DNA of 64,000 bases from Candidatus Bathyarchaeota archaeon (GTDB taxonomy: Archaea > Thermoproteota > Bathyarchaeia > Bathyarchaeales > Bathycorpusculaceae). The stretch spans positions 160,001 through 224,000 of the forward strand of contig CAWAKC010000010.1 of NCBI GenBank assembly GCA_963782525.1. The letters are read 5' to 3'. The number at the start of each line of letters is the position of its first letter. The stretch's first letter is position 1. Below the pieces are notes generated by a model. The model made no database searches. It worked only from the letters and a program-made list of their open reading frames with translations, and was not told where the DNA came from. A program made the position numbers and the translations under genes. Shown one piece after another: positions 52,564-63,542 of this stretch.

Positions 52564-54465
52564 CTACAACAACCTGTATGTTTCCATAGCAGCGGGAACG
52601 ATTGTCTTGATTCTCCCCTGCCTGTGTATGAAGTCAGCCATGTTGATCGTCTTTGATTTTTCTCCGTGGCATACAAAGATCCTTTCTGGCTTAGGTGTGA
52701 ATTGAGACAGATAGTTAATCAGTTGTCGTCTGTCAGAGTGCCCTGAAAAGCCGACTATGGTTTCGGTGCGAAGTTTCGTTTGAACTGCTGCCATTCTGCC
52801 TTGATTATCCATCATAGTAACTTCGCTTATGCCCTTTTGCACTCTTCGACCCATGGTGCCTTCAATTTGGTAACTGACGAAAATTATCGTGTTCTTAGGA
52901 TTATCCGCCCAATTTTTAAAGTACTCAATCACGGGACCGCCTTCGAGCATTCCGGACGTAGCTAAAACGACGCATGGTTCACCCTCAATTATGCTTTGTC
53001 TAAGATCGGGATGCTTAACTATCGTAAAGTAATCTGACTGGAACGGGTTGGCTTCTTGGTGGAGGATATTGTGTCGAACTTCTCTGCTTAAGTATTCGGG
53101 GTAGGCTGTGTGGATGGCTGTGGCCTCGCTAATCATGCCTTCGAGGAATACTGGCGCTTCTTTCATAACTTTTCTTTTCATGTAATCGTTGATAATTAGC
53201 ATTATTTCTTGTGCTCTTCCAACTGCTGGCACCGGGATCAAAACTTTTCCCTTATTTTCCAAGGTTTCATTTATTATTCGTGCCAAGAGTTGTTCTGATT
53301 CGGCTCTAGAAGGCATGACATCATCTGGTCCACCATAGGTGCTTTCAGTAATTATGGTTTCAACGCGCGGAAACTGGGTTGCGGCTGCTTCTAGTAACAT
53401 AGATTGCCCAAATTTGTAGTCTCCAGTGTAAACTAAATTATGTAAGCCTTCACCTATGTGAAGATGTACAATAGCTGAGCCAAGGATGTGGCCAGCGTTG
53501 TGAAGGGTCAAACGAATATCTGGAGCTATGTCAGTAACGACGCCGTAACGTAATGGAATGGTGTGCAAAACAGTTTCTCGAATGTCTTTTTGATCGTAGT
53601 GTGGGGTTATTCCCTGTTTGCTTGCAACATCAAGGTAGTCAAGCTGAAGCATGGTCATTAGATTGGAAGTGGGCGCTGAGCAGTAGACTGGGCCGTCATA
53701 GCCATATTTGAATAGGAATGGTACTAAGCCACAATGGTCAAGGTGCGAGTGGCTTATGACCACTGCATCTAGAGAATCTATTTGGAATTGTGGGGAATCG
53801 AAACGTGGAAATGCGTCAAATGGCTTTTGTGAACCCGGATTTATGCCGCAGTCCAGTAAAACGCTGCTTTCTCTTGTTTTTAGAAGCCAAGCTGAACGGC
53901 CTACTTCTTGGGTTCCGCCAAGTACAGTTATAGCAACGTCTCCAACTTCAAAGGCGAGGGGTCTGAAAATTCTCTCGCCGACAGCGCGAAGTATTCTTTC
54001 TCTTTCTTTGCTTTCTGAATTAAGATAATGTCGTATTTGAGCGATTGTTTTTGAGCGTATAGGCGGGCTTCTCACAACGTTAGGTCGCCATTTAGTTTTG
54101 CATATGATTTCTTGAAGGCCTGCGCCATTTTTTCCTATTGCCAAGCCGGGCTTTTTTGCTTCAATAATTATTTCGCCAAGAGTAGGATCAAACGCAATAT
54201 CAGTTATTTCTGCCTCAACTGTAATGATTCGTCGTGTTATTTTTTCTGCTTCTGCTTCTGAGAGTCTAACTGACGGGTCGGAACGAATTACTATTCTTTT
54301 TCGTATGGTGCCTACAATTTCTGCAACAACGCTGCTTTGCTCAGCTAGAATTTCAGGTTTCTTTGTGTAAATAGAAAGCATGGGGCCTTCGTATTCGATT
54401 CTAGTTACTTCTGTTTCCTTTGGTATTTTTTCCAGAATATATTGGGTAATTTCTGCTTTATTCAT
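52564..54465 (-). CDS. fttA: Beta-CASP ribonuclease aCPSF1 / transcription termination factor FttA
   Basis: N-terminal KH domains (IEYEGP, KKPGLAIGKNG), HSHLDH, NAGHILG, ESTYG, GFSGHSD, CHGE. Confidence 0.92.
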   Translation of the reverse strand: MNKAEITQYILEKIPKETEVTRIEYEGPMLSIYTKKPEILAEQSSVVAEIVGTIRKRIVIRSDPSVRLSEAEAEKITRRIITVEAEITDIAFDPTLGEIIIEAKKPGLAIGKNGAGLQEIICKTKWRPNVVRSPPIRSKTIAQIRHYLNSESKERERILRAVGERIFRPLAFEVGDVAITVLGGTQEVGRSAWLLKTRESSVLLDCGINPGSQKPFDAFPRFDSPQFQIDSLDAVVISHSHLDHCGLVPFLFKYGYDGPVYCSAPTSNLMTMLQLDYLDVASKQGITPHYDQKDIRETVLHTIPLRYGVVTDIAPDIRLTLHNAGHILGSAIVHLHIGEGLHNLVYTGDYKFGQSMLLEAAATQFPRVETIITESTYGGPDDVMPSRAESEQLLARIINETLENKGKVLIPVPAVGRAQEIMLIINDYMKRKVMKEAPVFLEGMISEATAIHTAYPEYLSREVRHNILHQEANPFQSDYFTIVKHPDLRQSIIEGEPCVVLATSGMLEGGPVIEYFKNWADNPKNTIIFVSYQIEGTMGRRVQKGISEVTMMDNQGRMAAVQTKLRTETIVGFSGHSDRRQLINYLSQFTPKPERIFVCHGEKSKTINMADFIHRQGRIKTIVPAAMETYRLL

Positions 54466-54987
54466 AATAACTTTTCTCCTTTAAGCAGCAGAGCGATTGC
54501 GTTTTTTGTATTCCAAAAAGTCGCAAAAATTCTTGCTGCCATTTACTTTAATATTGTAATTTTGTCGTTGTTTGTGCAAAACAAAAGCTATGAGCGAACT
54601 GAACCATGTTATAACTGAATTATTTTTCCTCAAACTTGACAAGCCCAAAGAAAATCCTTGAGTTATAAGGTTTTCAGGATTTCCTGTATGAGTTTGGGCA
54701 AGTCGGTTACTTGCGCGGTAGTTTAGGGGTGCTCGCGCCTCTGAGGTAGACGGGGTCAGGTCTATGTAAACGAGGCCGATGGAGTTATTCTCATCTAATA
54801 GTATTGAGTTAGCAAAAACATTGAATAACAATTTTTGACCCCTAAAATATTCTGAAATTTAGCTATGCACAGGTCACGAATGGTTAATAATAATCATTAA
54901 TTAATGTTATGCTTTAATATTCATAAATTTTTACTTTACTTCTAGTTCCATTAGGTTGTGCACGAAACTGGAAAATAGAGAATGGTG

Positions 54988-55719
54988 TTATTTTGTTACT
55001 TTTCTTGGCTTCAAACGTGTGTAGTAGTATTCGCCGATTTCTTTTTGCATAAGATCTATTCTTGAGCATTCTTTGTTTACACGGGGTCTTCTTGTGGTGG
55101 GATCTCGGCGGAATGTCACTCCCATATCCTTTAGGAAAATGTTCATGCCTTTTCTTAAGCTAACAGGCGCGTTAGCTGTGCCCTTTATTCCTGCTTCACC
55201 TTTAAACACCATTAGCTTATCTGCAATAAAGTCCTGCGTTACTACGTCATGTTCAACTACAAACGCAGTTATTCCCAACATCTCGGTTACTCGCCGAAGA
55301 ATTTTAGCCACATTTAACCGCTCTTCTACATCTAAATATACACTTGGCTCATCGAGCAAAAACAAATCTGCCTTTCTAGATAGGCATGCCGCAATAGCAA
55401 CTTTTTGCAGTTCTCCGCCGCTCAACTCTATAACATTTCTATCCATAAGCAGACTCATGCGCAGAGGGGTTTTCTCCGAAGCATGGCTGCAGTCTTTTTC
55501 TAGTTCGTCTGGCAAGTTTATGATGGTGATTGCTTGGAAGGGGCATTTTTTGACGCATATACCACATCCAGCACACAGGGCTTCAGAGATTATGGCTTTC
55601 TTTTGTTCTATGCGGATAGCTTCAATTTTGCTTCTTACTTTTGGGCAGTACCGAACGCACATTTCTTGACATTTTTCTGATTTGCATTTGTTAGCGTCTA
55701 GCGTAGCAACACGTGTCAT
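54988..55719 (-). pseudogene. ABCE1/Rli1 ribosome recycling ATPase with a large internal deletion
   Basis: N-terminal Fe-S domain (C...C...CP; CAGCGICVKKCP) joined directly to the NBD2 signature LSGGELQ, LLDEPS, VVEHD, TFRRD..RPRVNK; no Walker A remains. Confidence 0.85.
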
Positions 55720-55889
55720 GATTAAAAACCGACAACTACTTCAGTTTGTGATTTATTAATTTAACTGATAAAAGAAGTTAATACCTGCTTCAAGACCTAA
55801 AAATTTTGCAAGTTGATTGTGCTCTCATTAAAATTAGGGGGATTTGAACCAAAAACGGTTTGGGTATCTATGGTTCCAACAAGAAATTG

Positions 55890-55910
55890 TGGTGAGGCCG
55901 CTGGGATTTG
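55890..55910 (-). other. tRNA 3'-end-like fragment (possible att remnant)
   Basis: Minus strand reads CAAATCCCAGCGGCCTCACCA (partial T loop, acceptor strand, CCA); no 5' half present. Confidence 0.45.
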
Positions 55911-56346
55911 TTCCTCCCTCCGCCACAGGTTATCAGACAAAAATAGTTTCTTCGCGGCTACTCTCTCTTTTTTCTTTCTTTTGGAGGCTTCTAATTGAAA
56001 GATCAGTCGTTGAATATTATTTATCGCCGAGACGAGAACGGCCAGCTTTATGTTTTCATCTACCGGGGGCAATTGCACGTCGGTACTGTTGAAGTCAACT
56101 CGTTTAATTGCATGAAGGTTTTTCGAGGAATAGAGAACCCTTCACCTGTCTTGGTGCAGTATTTGCCCGTGGAGCCAACCTAAAATGGTTGCGCTTTCCA
56201 GAGAAGTTTTTGAGTGTTTAGATTGCGCCTTTTGGTGTGCGCCGCTGCTCAGACCCAACTCAGCAAGGCAGAGGGCATGTTAACCACGTTGCGTCTTCTG
56301 CAGCATGTGAAAGATTCTCATTGAAAGCGAACGGAGACTAATTTTT

Positions 56347-57294
56347 TTGGATAAGCAATTAGTTGATAGAAGTCAAAATATTTCGCTTTCAAAGTCCAAA
56401 GTCAAATTTGACTTCTCTACCGTTCGCTCTCGAGTTCTTCCTATCCTCAAGGGCATTGAGGTGAAGATGTATCCTGCCAAGATTGGACGTGTACGTGGAT
56501 GGAGCAAGCAGCATGTCGATTATTACGTAAAGAAGTTGGAAAAGGCAGGTTTAATCCACAGACTTAAGCGCAGCAACTTTGTTGATTATGAGTTGACTGA
56601 GCAAGGTCAAAACTTTCTCATATCATGTGAGGGAGTACTTTTCAGCAGCGGCGTCTTTCGTCTTCATCGATGTTTTTTCAAGTTCCCAGTTTTGCGGGAG
56701 GGCGTTTATCCATCGGGGGATTTTAAGCGAATTGAGATGCAGAATTGGACTGCTCTTTTGGGTTTAGAGCAAGGTGTCAAAGTTAGGCATACGACAACTT
56801 CTTGGATTGTCCATGTGGAAACCTTGTATGGTCGCAGTCCCGGAGAGTTGGTGACGACTGCTAAAACCTTGGCTGACCGAGTCGCTAAGGGTTTGATGAG
56901 CAAGTATGGCTGCGTTTTAGGCGATGGCAAAATTAATAAACGCCATGAGTTAGGCGTTGATGATCCTGTCGCTAATCTGCTCAACCGCTATTTCACTGTG
57001 AGCACTCCCAAACGAGTAATCGATGATAGTCCAGGAGAAGATGAGGGTGAGCTTGATCACCTTGGTCGCGATGCTGCAGTCGAGTACTTGCTGATGCCTG
57101 AGCGAGTGAAAAAGCTTGAGGGTCAAGTGGACAATGTCTTAACTGATTTAGCAAAGATTTCAGGCAGCCTTGAGAAACTAGAAAAAATAGGTTACAACCT
57201 ATCCAAAGTTGCCGAAGCCCTGGGCAAGCTGACAGATTTTCAAACTAACCAAGAATTACCGACTGGTCCTGGAGGCAAAGAATACATTGCTTAA
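56347..57294 (+). CDS. Winged-helix (MarR/ArsR-like) protein with uncharacterised C-terminal domain and coiled coil
   Basis: WSKQHVDYYVKKLEKAGLI...YELTEQG wHTH; FRLH motif. Confidence 0.75.
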   Translation: MDKQLVDRSQNISLSKSKVKFDFSTVRSRVLPILKGIEVKMYPAKIGRVRGWSKQHVDYYVKKLEKAGLIHRLKRSNFVDYELTEQGQNFLISCEGVLFSSGVFRLHRCFFKFPVLREGVYPSGDFKRIEMQNWTALLGLEQGVKVRHTTTSWIVHVETLYGRSPGELVTTAKTLADRVAKGLMSKYGCVLGDGKINKRHELGVDDPVANLLNRYFTVSTPKRVIDDSPGEDEGELDHLGRDAAVEYLLMPERVKKLEGQVDNVLTDLAKISGSLEKLEKIGYNLSKVAEALGKLTDFQTNQELPTGPGGKEYIA

Positions 57295-57595
57295 CTTAGC
57301 CTTAAGGCAAGAAATTAGTTCTCTTAAAGGAAAAACCTGCAAACGGATCATAAAGGCAGCCTCACTAAATGACACGTGGAGTATGAAACGCTACTCCGCA
57401 ATCAATAGTTATCTGGCTGATTTGAATGGGAGCGGTGTTTAATGTCTGTAAAAATGTGTTCAAAAGCACTTTTGGCAGTTGCTTTAGGGCATGGGAAAAG
57501 TCCATGCTTTTTACAAGTAGCTCTTCTGCAGTTAGTTGGTCCTGATTACCCACAGCTAATTTTGCTCTGTGTTAATGGAGAAGAATTCTTAGAGT

Positions 57596-58102
57596 GTGCA
57601 TTTTGATATGGAAGAGTCCGAAAAACCTGTTCAAACCCAGAAAAAGAAGCGCAGCCAGAGCGATAAGATAGGTCGATTGAAGTATAACCAGCAGCTCCTC
57701 AAACAGACACTTTCAGAAATTGAAGAAATCAAGTTGATGCTGCGAACCATTCTTGCTGGTCTTAAGGGATCATTTAATTTTAGTCAGTCATTAATCGAGC
57801 AAACCGCGTGTTTTGATGAAGTTGACAAAGAAATTTTACGTTTGCTCTTTGAAGTCGGTTATTCAGGTATATTACCAAAAGACATAGCAGATAAACTTGA
57901 AAGATTCAAAATTACCCGACACCACGTAAGTCGTCGACTAATTCGAATGAACAAAAGGTTGAGTAAGGAGATTGGTGAGGATGCAGCTGAGCAGCGAGGT
58001 TGGCATTGGGCTATGACAAGTTTCGCACTAGGCGCTTATGGCGCAACTGAAGAGGACCTGCAAATTAATTCCGCTTTATCTGGAGAGGAGACTAAAGAAT
58101 AA
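57596..58102 (+). CDS. Winged-helix-like hypothetical protein
   Basis: DEVDKEILRLL...GILPKDIA...VSRRLIRMN. Confidence 0.65.
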   Translation: MHFDMEESEKPVQTQKKKRSQSDKIGRLKYNQQLLKQTLSEIEEIKLMLRTILAGLKGSFNFSQSLIEQTACFDEVDKEILRLLFEVGYSGILPKDIADKLERFKITRHHVSRRLIRMNKRLSKEIGEDAAEQRGWHWAMTSFALGAYGATEEDLQINSALSGEETKE

Positions 58103-58118
58103 GTGCTAAATAATTTGC

Positions 58119-58580
58119 TTAATTTGAAATAAAATAAAACTTGAACAAATTAACCGTGTCAAAGCTCGCGTTGTCCATCTCGTAAAGTTTAGCAAGACTC
58201 ATTCGTCTGTTTTCCATTTTCATTGCCACCAACGGAAGCAACAGGTGTCTGGTTTCCTCACTTTTATGTGGAATAATAATCCACAAACGTTCAAATTCTG
58301 TTAAAACCAAACGCCTCTTGGCTTTTTTGCTGATTGCCGCCTGTGCAGAGGTACCAGCAATTAAAAGAGCTGTTAAGGAAATGCCCAACGGCAACCATTG
58401 AAGAATGGGAAGCGCAAAAATGAATCCTACCACCAAGATGGTTGATACTCCCAACATTAAAAACATCGGTGGTAATGTCTTGTCAGCCATAATTTCATCC
58501 TTTCGAGTTGGAAATCGGAAATTCGTATCAATGAAATTTGTCAATTCCTGCGTTATTTCCTTGTATGCCATGCGGGACAC
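58119..58580 (-). CDS. Two-TM membrane protein
   Basis: Two adjacent hydrophobic helices. Confidence 0.6.
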   Translation of the reverse strand: MSRMAYKEITQELTNFIDTNFRFPTRKDEIMADKTLPPMFLMLGVSTILVVGFIFALPILQWLPLGISLTALLIAGTSAQAAISKKAKRRLVLTEFERLWIIIPHKSEETRHLLLPLVAMKMENRRMSLAKLYEMDNASFDTVNLFKFYFISN

Positions 58581-58725
58581 CTTAGTTTAGTATAGTCTCA
58601 ATTTTCTTTTTAAGATTTTTTGCCAAATTCCAATAGACTTGCTTAAAAAAACATCGAATTAGTGATAATAAGACAAAGCTTATCAAGAGAAGCAACCTGA
58701 AAAGAACTTCGGAGATACAAGTAAC

Positions 58726-59139
58726 GTGTACGGTGCCCATTACTCAGATAAACCTCCCAAAGTGAGCGGAGATGATTGGGAAGAACAAACTCTTCAACTT
58801 CTCAAACAAGTCTTTCCGACCGAAAAAATTGAAAGCCAAGTAAGGTTTCCTGAACTGCCAAGGGCAATAGTTGATTTTTATATCCCCAGATTCAAGGTGG
58901 TCATTGAGTGTAAGGCATGCGGTTTAACGCCTGTCCAAGATAAGGTCCTGATAAATCACAAAAATCGACAGGATACTTTGAAGTCTCTTGGAATAACCTA
59001 CATTTGGTGGGTTGACAGAGAAAGGGCAAGTTTGGTTCCCCGAACTCGAAAATATCTTGAAAATGCGTTTTACAATTGTCTTGGCGAACGGACTAAATTA
59101 ATAGACTTATTAACTAGCCTCAAACAGGGTTCTAAATGA
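58726..59139 (+). CDS. Small PD-(D/E)XK nuclease (Vsr/DUF559-like)
   Basis: WEEQT...ESQV...IVDFYIP...VVIECK; RQDTLKSLG. Confidence 0.65.
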   Translation: MYGAHYSDKPPKVSGDDWEEQTLQLLKQVFPTEKIESQVRFPELPRAIVDFYIPRFKVVIECKACGLTPVQDKVLINHKNRQDTLKSLGITYIWWVDRERASLVPRTRKYLENAFYNCLGERTKLIDLLTSLKQGSK

Positions 59140-59261
59140 ATTAGAATCACATAATTGAGTTGAAACATTGATCGAAGAAGAACCATATGATCCATTCGGG
59201 AATGACGACAACGAAGAGGATAACCCAGAAAATGAACCTTAGAACATAGGAGAGATAAAAA

Positions 59262-60476
59262 ATGAGCAACGACCTTAGAGGAGAGCAATTAGTATATGGC
59301 GATTTTTCTCGCTTAATGAATCTTCATGTATCTGGTGATATGGAACAAATTTCACATACATACAGAACACTGAGAAACTTGGACAAGTCATTATACATCG
59401 GTTTTGTAACGTATGTTCTTACACGGGCTGGATACTGCAATAAAACCATTTGCGAAAAGTGGCAGATAAGTGCAAAAATGTACGACCTGGAATTTGAAGG
59501 ATGCTCTTCCTGCATCATTAATCCCCAACTTGCTAGAGCAGGAAAGGTAAGCTGGTCAAATTTGATTGATGTTTCTTTTGCTTGGGCTGAAGAAGTTAAT
59601 GAACTATGGGCAAAATTTGGCGAAATAGACAAGGTAATTTATGACCTATTGAGCGTAATGGGGACATGGAGTCACTATTACGAAAACCCTGATACCAAAA
59701 AACGGATTAAAGTAATTTTTACAGAAGATCTTCCACTTGAGCAAATGAAAGATATTAAGAATTTGAAGAAATGGGCTCCTGTATTAGCTATTGACCCTTC
59801 TTGCTCAAATCTGATTTTAGTCAGACCATCGGTTTTCAAGGAAGCCAGAAGAAAAAATGAAACAATATTGAAAGATCTTTGTAAACTATTGCAAGATGAA
59901 AACGTAACTCTTTTGTCCATTGACGAGTTTTTTGATAAGTTTGTTTCCAGAGCTGAAAAAGAAAGCGAAGTAAAAAATTGGCTTGCCATCAAAGCTGAAA
60001 ATTTGGAAAACCTCTTGGTACACAACCCGATTTTGATTATTGCTTTGGAATCAAAAAAATTAAATGAAGTTGAGCGTTACCTCAAAACAGCAAGGCAAGA
60101 GTACGAAAATGCCAAGGATGACTTGGATTATGAGCATTCTGTTCGCGATGCAACCAAGGCATGTGAAGCTATTCTTCAAATACTCTATCACAAGCACTTC
60201 GGAAAAAAGGATGCAAATTTGACCTGGGAACCCTTGCAAAATCAACTTCAAGACATGATAAAGAATGAATTCGGTGAAATGGTATACATCGATCTTAAAT
60301 TCTTACAAATATGGAGAAATTATGAGAGTCATCCGAATCCAGTAATTCCCACTAAGCAAATAGTCTTTCAGATTCTTAAGAGAAGCGAGTCTTTCTATGA
60401 GTCCGTAAAGACAACTTTGAGCGAGTTTGATTTCTCGAGACTTTGGTTGAATGAAAAATCTATTGGTAAGAGTTAA
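59262..60476 (+). CDS. Hypothetical protein with C-terminal HEPN domain
   Basis: YLKTARQEY...SVRDATKACEAILQ helix and RNYESH (Rx4H). Confidence 0.65.
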   Translation: MSNDLRGEQLVYGDFSRLMNLHVSGDMEQISHTYRTLRNLDKSLYIGFVTYVLTRAGYCNKTICEKWQISAKMYDLEFEGCSSCIINPQLARAGKVSWSNLIDVSFAWAEEVNELWAKFGEIDKVIYDLLSVMGTWSHYYENPDTKKRIKVIFTEDLPLEQMKDIKNLKKWAPVLAIDPSCSNLILVRPSVFKEARRKNETILKDLCKLLQDENVTLLSIDEFFDKFVSRAEKESEVKNWLAIKAENLENLLVHNPILIIALESKKLNEVERYLKTARQEYENAKDDLDYEHSVRDATKACEAILQILYHKHFGKKDANLTWEPLQNQLQDMIKNEFGEMVYIDLKFLQIWRNYESHPNPVIPTKQIVFQILKRSESFYESVKTTLSEFDFSRLWLNEKSIGKS

Positions 60477-60699
60477 GCAAAATTGCACCAAGTATGGACT
60501 TGATTGCCGATTTTTATTTAAGACTACAATTTAGAATATAAGTTGGAGATAAAATTGAGCGAAAAAGCACCAACACCAAATGACCAACGATCTACCGTCC
60601 TAAACCCAAATAGCACACAACATCAACAAGCCCTTAACAATTATAGCAGACAAGTCAACCCTAAAGATTCAGTCCACCAATCTTCGAGATCTGGAAGCC

Positions 60700-62214
60700 A
60701 TGGAAAAAGATAACTCCGAAAGCTTCCAACCTCCTTTTTTCTTCTCCAAAGAACAATACAACTCATTTAGCGAGTTAGAAAAAGCTGAAGTGAATAATAT
60801 CGCAGATTCTATCATGAAAGCTTTTGACAGATACGGTCAAAGGTATCTTGAACGATTATTTGGGGGAATGGATCGAGCAAGTCCTGGATGGAAGTCTGAA
60901 TTAAATGAGTTCGCAGGGCAAATAGGTTTGTTGCTTTCCAAGAGAGCCTGCATACCTGGTTTCTACTTGTACGTTCTCAAAGAAGTGACAACTGATAAGA
61001 AACTAAAAAGACAGAGACCTACCCTTGTCAAAGCTTTTCTTCTTTCCATGTTAAAACAAGATGGGGTAAAAATAAGTGAGCTCATTGAAAAGCCTTTAAC
61101 GGTACCGGAAGAAGGTGACTTTGAACTTTATACTCGCAGAACTGTCCAGCAAATTATGCATGATAATGTCTGCGATGCTTTTTATGAAATCCAGGAATCT
61201 CGATCAAGAAGAAAAGAGGACTCTAGAGTCAAATCTTTTACTAGTATATTTGGAATTGAAGAATTGCCAGTCAACGCATATTCAGAAAACGTTACAGACT
61301 TTCTTGCTCTAGAAGGAAAAGCCTGGGGTTCGAATAACGCAGCAAAAGAAATGATATCTTTTAACGCTAAAATAAACCCAGTTATGCCAGAATATGTTCA
61401 AGACATGATTTCCTTTAAGGAAGAATGCCGAAAAATAATTTTAAAAGAAAACTTCCTCGTTCGCGAGAAATATAGTAAATACTTTTGTAATGATGAGGGT
61501 GATTTTACTCTACTTTTTGAAGTATTCTATAGGCAAGTTTCTTCAATTCTGGCGCAAGAATGGTTTAGAGATCAATCTCCTACAATAAGGAAAACCCTCA
61601 TTGAAAGAGGATATCCATTTAGACTCACCAAAGAAGATGCATCTCAAATAAAGGATCTGCTTTTGAAATTAAATGGACGTGAAGAATGGGTCAAATCTCT
61701 CTTAGCCTCTTGTGCTATTGTGTTTCAAAATCGAGGATTTTTTAACGAATCCATAATTCTATACAAAGAGCTTCTGAATTCAATTAACCTTTCAATTGAT
61801 GAAAAAGCAAGAGTCCTCGAAGATATTGCAATTGTCTACAGAAAAAACAAGAAATTCAAACTTATGGTAAGTTACATGAAAAAAGCGCTAAATCAATACA
61901 GGGTCACAGGGGAACAGTATAGAGTGTGTGTTGCTTTGAAGAACATCGGAGAAGCAGAGTGGAATATGGGCTTCAAAGAAAAGGCAAACAATTTTTTCAA
62001 ACAAGCCGAAGAACTAGGTGAAAATTTGCCCGATCAGGGAGACCGATTTGGCGTTTTGTGGAATTTGGCTTCTGCTTTCAAACGAATAGGTGATGTAAAA
62101 GTCGAGAGGAATTTTCTTTCAAAATGTTTAGTTGCCCTGAGTGATGATGAAACGGATAAAATATTGCAAATTGAGGCTCGTTTGCATCAACTGGACCGAT
62201 TTAGCTTTAGATAG
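60700..62214 (+). CDS. TPR-containing protein
   Basis: C-terminal TPR-like helices (LEDIAIVY, LKNIGEAE, LWNLASAF). Confidence 0.75.
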   Translation: MEKDNSESFQPPFFFSKEQYNSFSELEKAEVNNIADSIMKAFDRYGQRYLERLFGGMDRASPGWKSELNEFAGQIGLLLSKRACIPGFYLYVLKEVTTDKKLKRQRPTLVKAFLLSMLKQDGVKISELIEKPLTVPEEGDFELYTRRTVQQIMHDNVCDAFYEIQESRSRRKEDSRVKSFTSIFGIEELPVNAYSENVTDFLALEGKAWGSNNAAKEMISFNAKINPVMPEYVQDMISFKEECRKIILKENFLVREKYSKYFCNDEGDFTLLFEVFYRQVSSILAQEWFRDQSPTIRKTLIERGYPFRLTKEDASQIKDLLLKLNGREEWVKSLLASCAIVFQNRGFFNESIILYKELLNSINLSIDEKARVLEDIAIVYRKNKKFKLMVSYMKKALNQYRVTGEQYRVCVALKNIGEAEWNMGFKEKANNFFKQAEELGENLPDQGDRFGVLWNLASAFKRIGDVKVERNFLSKCLVALSDDETDKILQIEARLHQLDRFSFR

Positions 62215-62402
62215 GTGTGAACGATGTTGAATAATGAAGAAAGAATTAGGTCTGTTAATTGGCATCTAACCGCAAAATGTAAGCTATCATTGATGAGCTA
62301 GTATTTTGGAAATGAAGCAATTTACCCTGGTAACTTAAAGATTTGATTTCTTTTTCTTATATTCTTTTGATTTAAACTTCACTAGTTATAAATACGGATA
62401 GG

Positions 62403-63155
62403 ATGGATAGGCTGCTTGGGGTAATAATGGAATTTAAGAATATTAACAATGTTGGACAATTAGGAATAGAACTGCTTTTGGAAGATTCTGAAGGAACCCG
62501 AGTAACCAGAGACCTCGTAGAACAACTAATAGAGGGTATAGTAAAAAGGTCAGTTGACTATTACGATTCTACCGGCGATTACTCTTTTTGTTATAGGGAG
62601 AAACAATTGCATTCAGTTGTTTGTCCATCTATTGCAGCTTTTACACCAGCTTATTTAATGGAGTGCCCCCTTAGAAGAAAACCTGCTGGCGAGGATGATC
62701 ACGCAGGGCTAGCTGACTATTGGATTAGTTATCGTAACTACGGTTTTGTATTGGAGTTAAAGCACGGTTATTTTGCTTACACTAGACCAAACGATCCTCG
62801 GCAAAACCTACTAGCTAAATTTAATTCAGCAATTGATCAACTAAAAAGTATTCGGAAGGACCAAGTTGAATATCTTGGAGGAGGAGACAGAGGATTATTC
62901 AAGATAGCCCTAATGGCAATTACTTTCTTTAGTGGAGCAAAAGAAGAAATGACAGCACATAACAACAAGGAAGAGGAACTAAAATCTTCTTTTAATAAAA
63001 TGTTGACCATAAGTGGATTGGTCAAAAAAACAAATCTACGTGCGCTATGGCTTCTGAATAAAAGGCTTGTCATTCCCATGGAATATTCAAATGGTTCTGA
63101 AATTTATCCGGCAGTTGCTTTTGTTGGAAATATTCCATCATGCATAAGTCTTTAA
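62403..63155 (+). CDS. PD-(D/E)XK nuclease-like protein
   Basis: REKQL...MECP...LADYWI...VLELKH. Confidence 0.55.
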   Translation: MDRLLGVIMEFKNINNVGQLGIELLLEDSEGTRVTRDLVEQLIEGIVKRSVDYYDSTGDYSFCYREKQLHSVVCPSIAAFTPAYLMECPLRRKPAGEDDHAGLADYWISYRNYGFVLELKHGYFAYTRPNDPRQNLLAKFNSAIDQLKSIRKDQVEYLGGGDRGLFKIALMAITFFSGAKEEMTAHNNKEEELKSSFNKMLTISGLVKKTNLRALWLLNKRLVIPMEYSNGSEIYPAVAFVGNIPSCISL

Positions 63156-63542
63156 CAATTAGTTTCTAATTCTTTTTGTGAAAATAAGGCTTCAAAATGG
63201 AGTTCTACGTATTCGCTTCTTGATCTTTTCTGTCTTGAGGCTTCTTTGTCTATTTTCTCTAATACTCGGTTAGAAAGGGCTATGCTTACTGGGTGTTTGT
63301 GCACTGTACTGGAGCCTCTGATTATTTACCGCTTGTAAATATTACCCGAAAGCGAGGATGACATTAGGCACTAACAAAGTTTCTAATTGAATCTGGGAGA
63401 AACTGAGATACCGACTAAATGAAATGATTTTCACACACGTATTCCTGCATCAAATCGCAAAAAAATGAGTTTTCTATTATCAAAATATAAAACTATAGAT
63501 TATCTGCAAAATGTTAAATTAACGAGTTGACTATTGTGTTTT

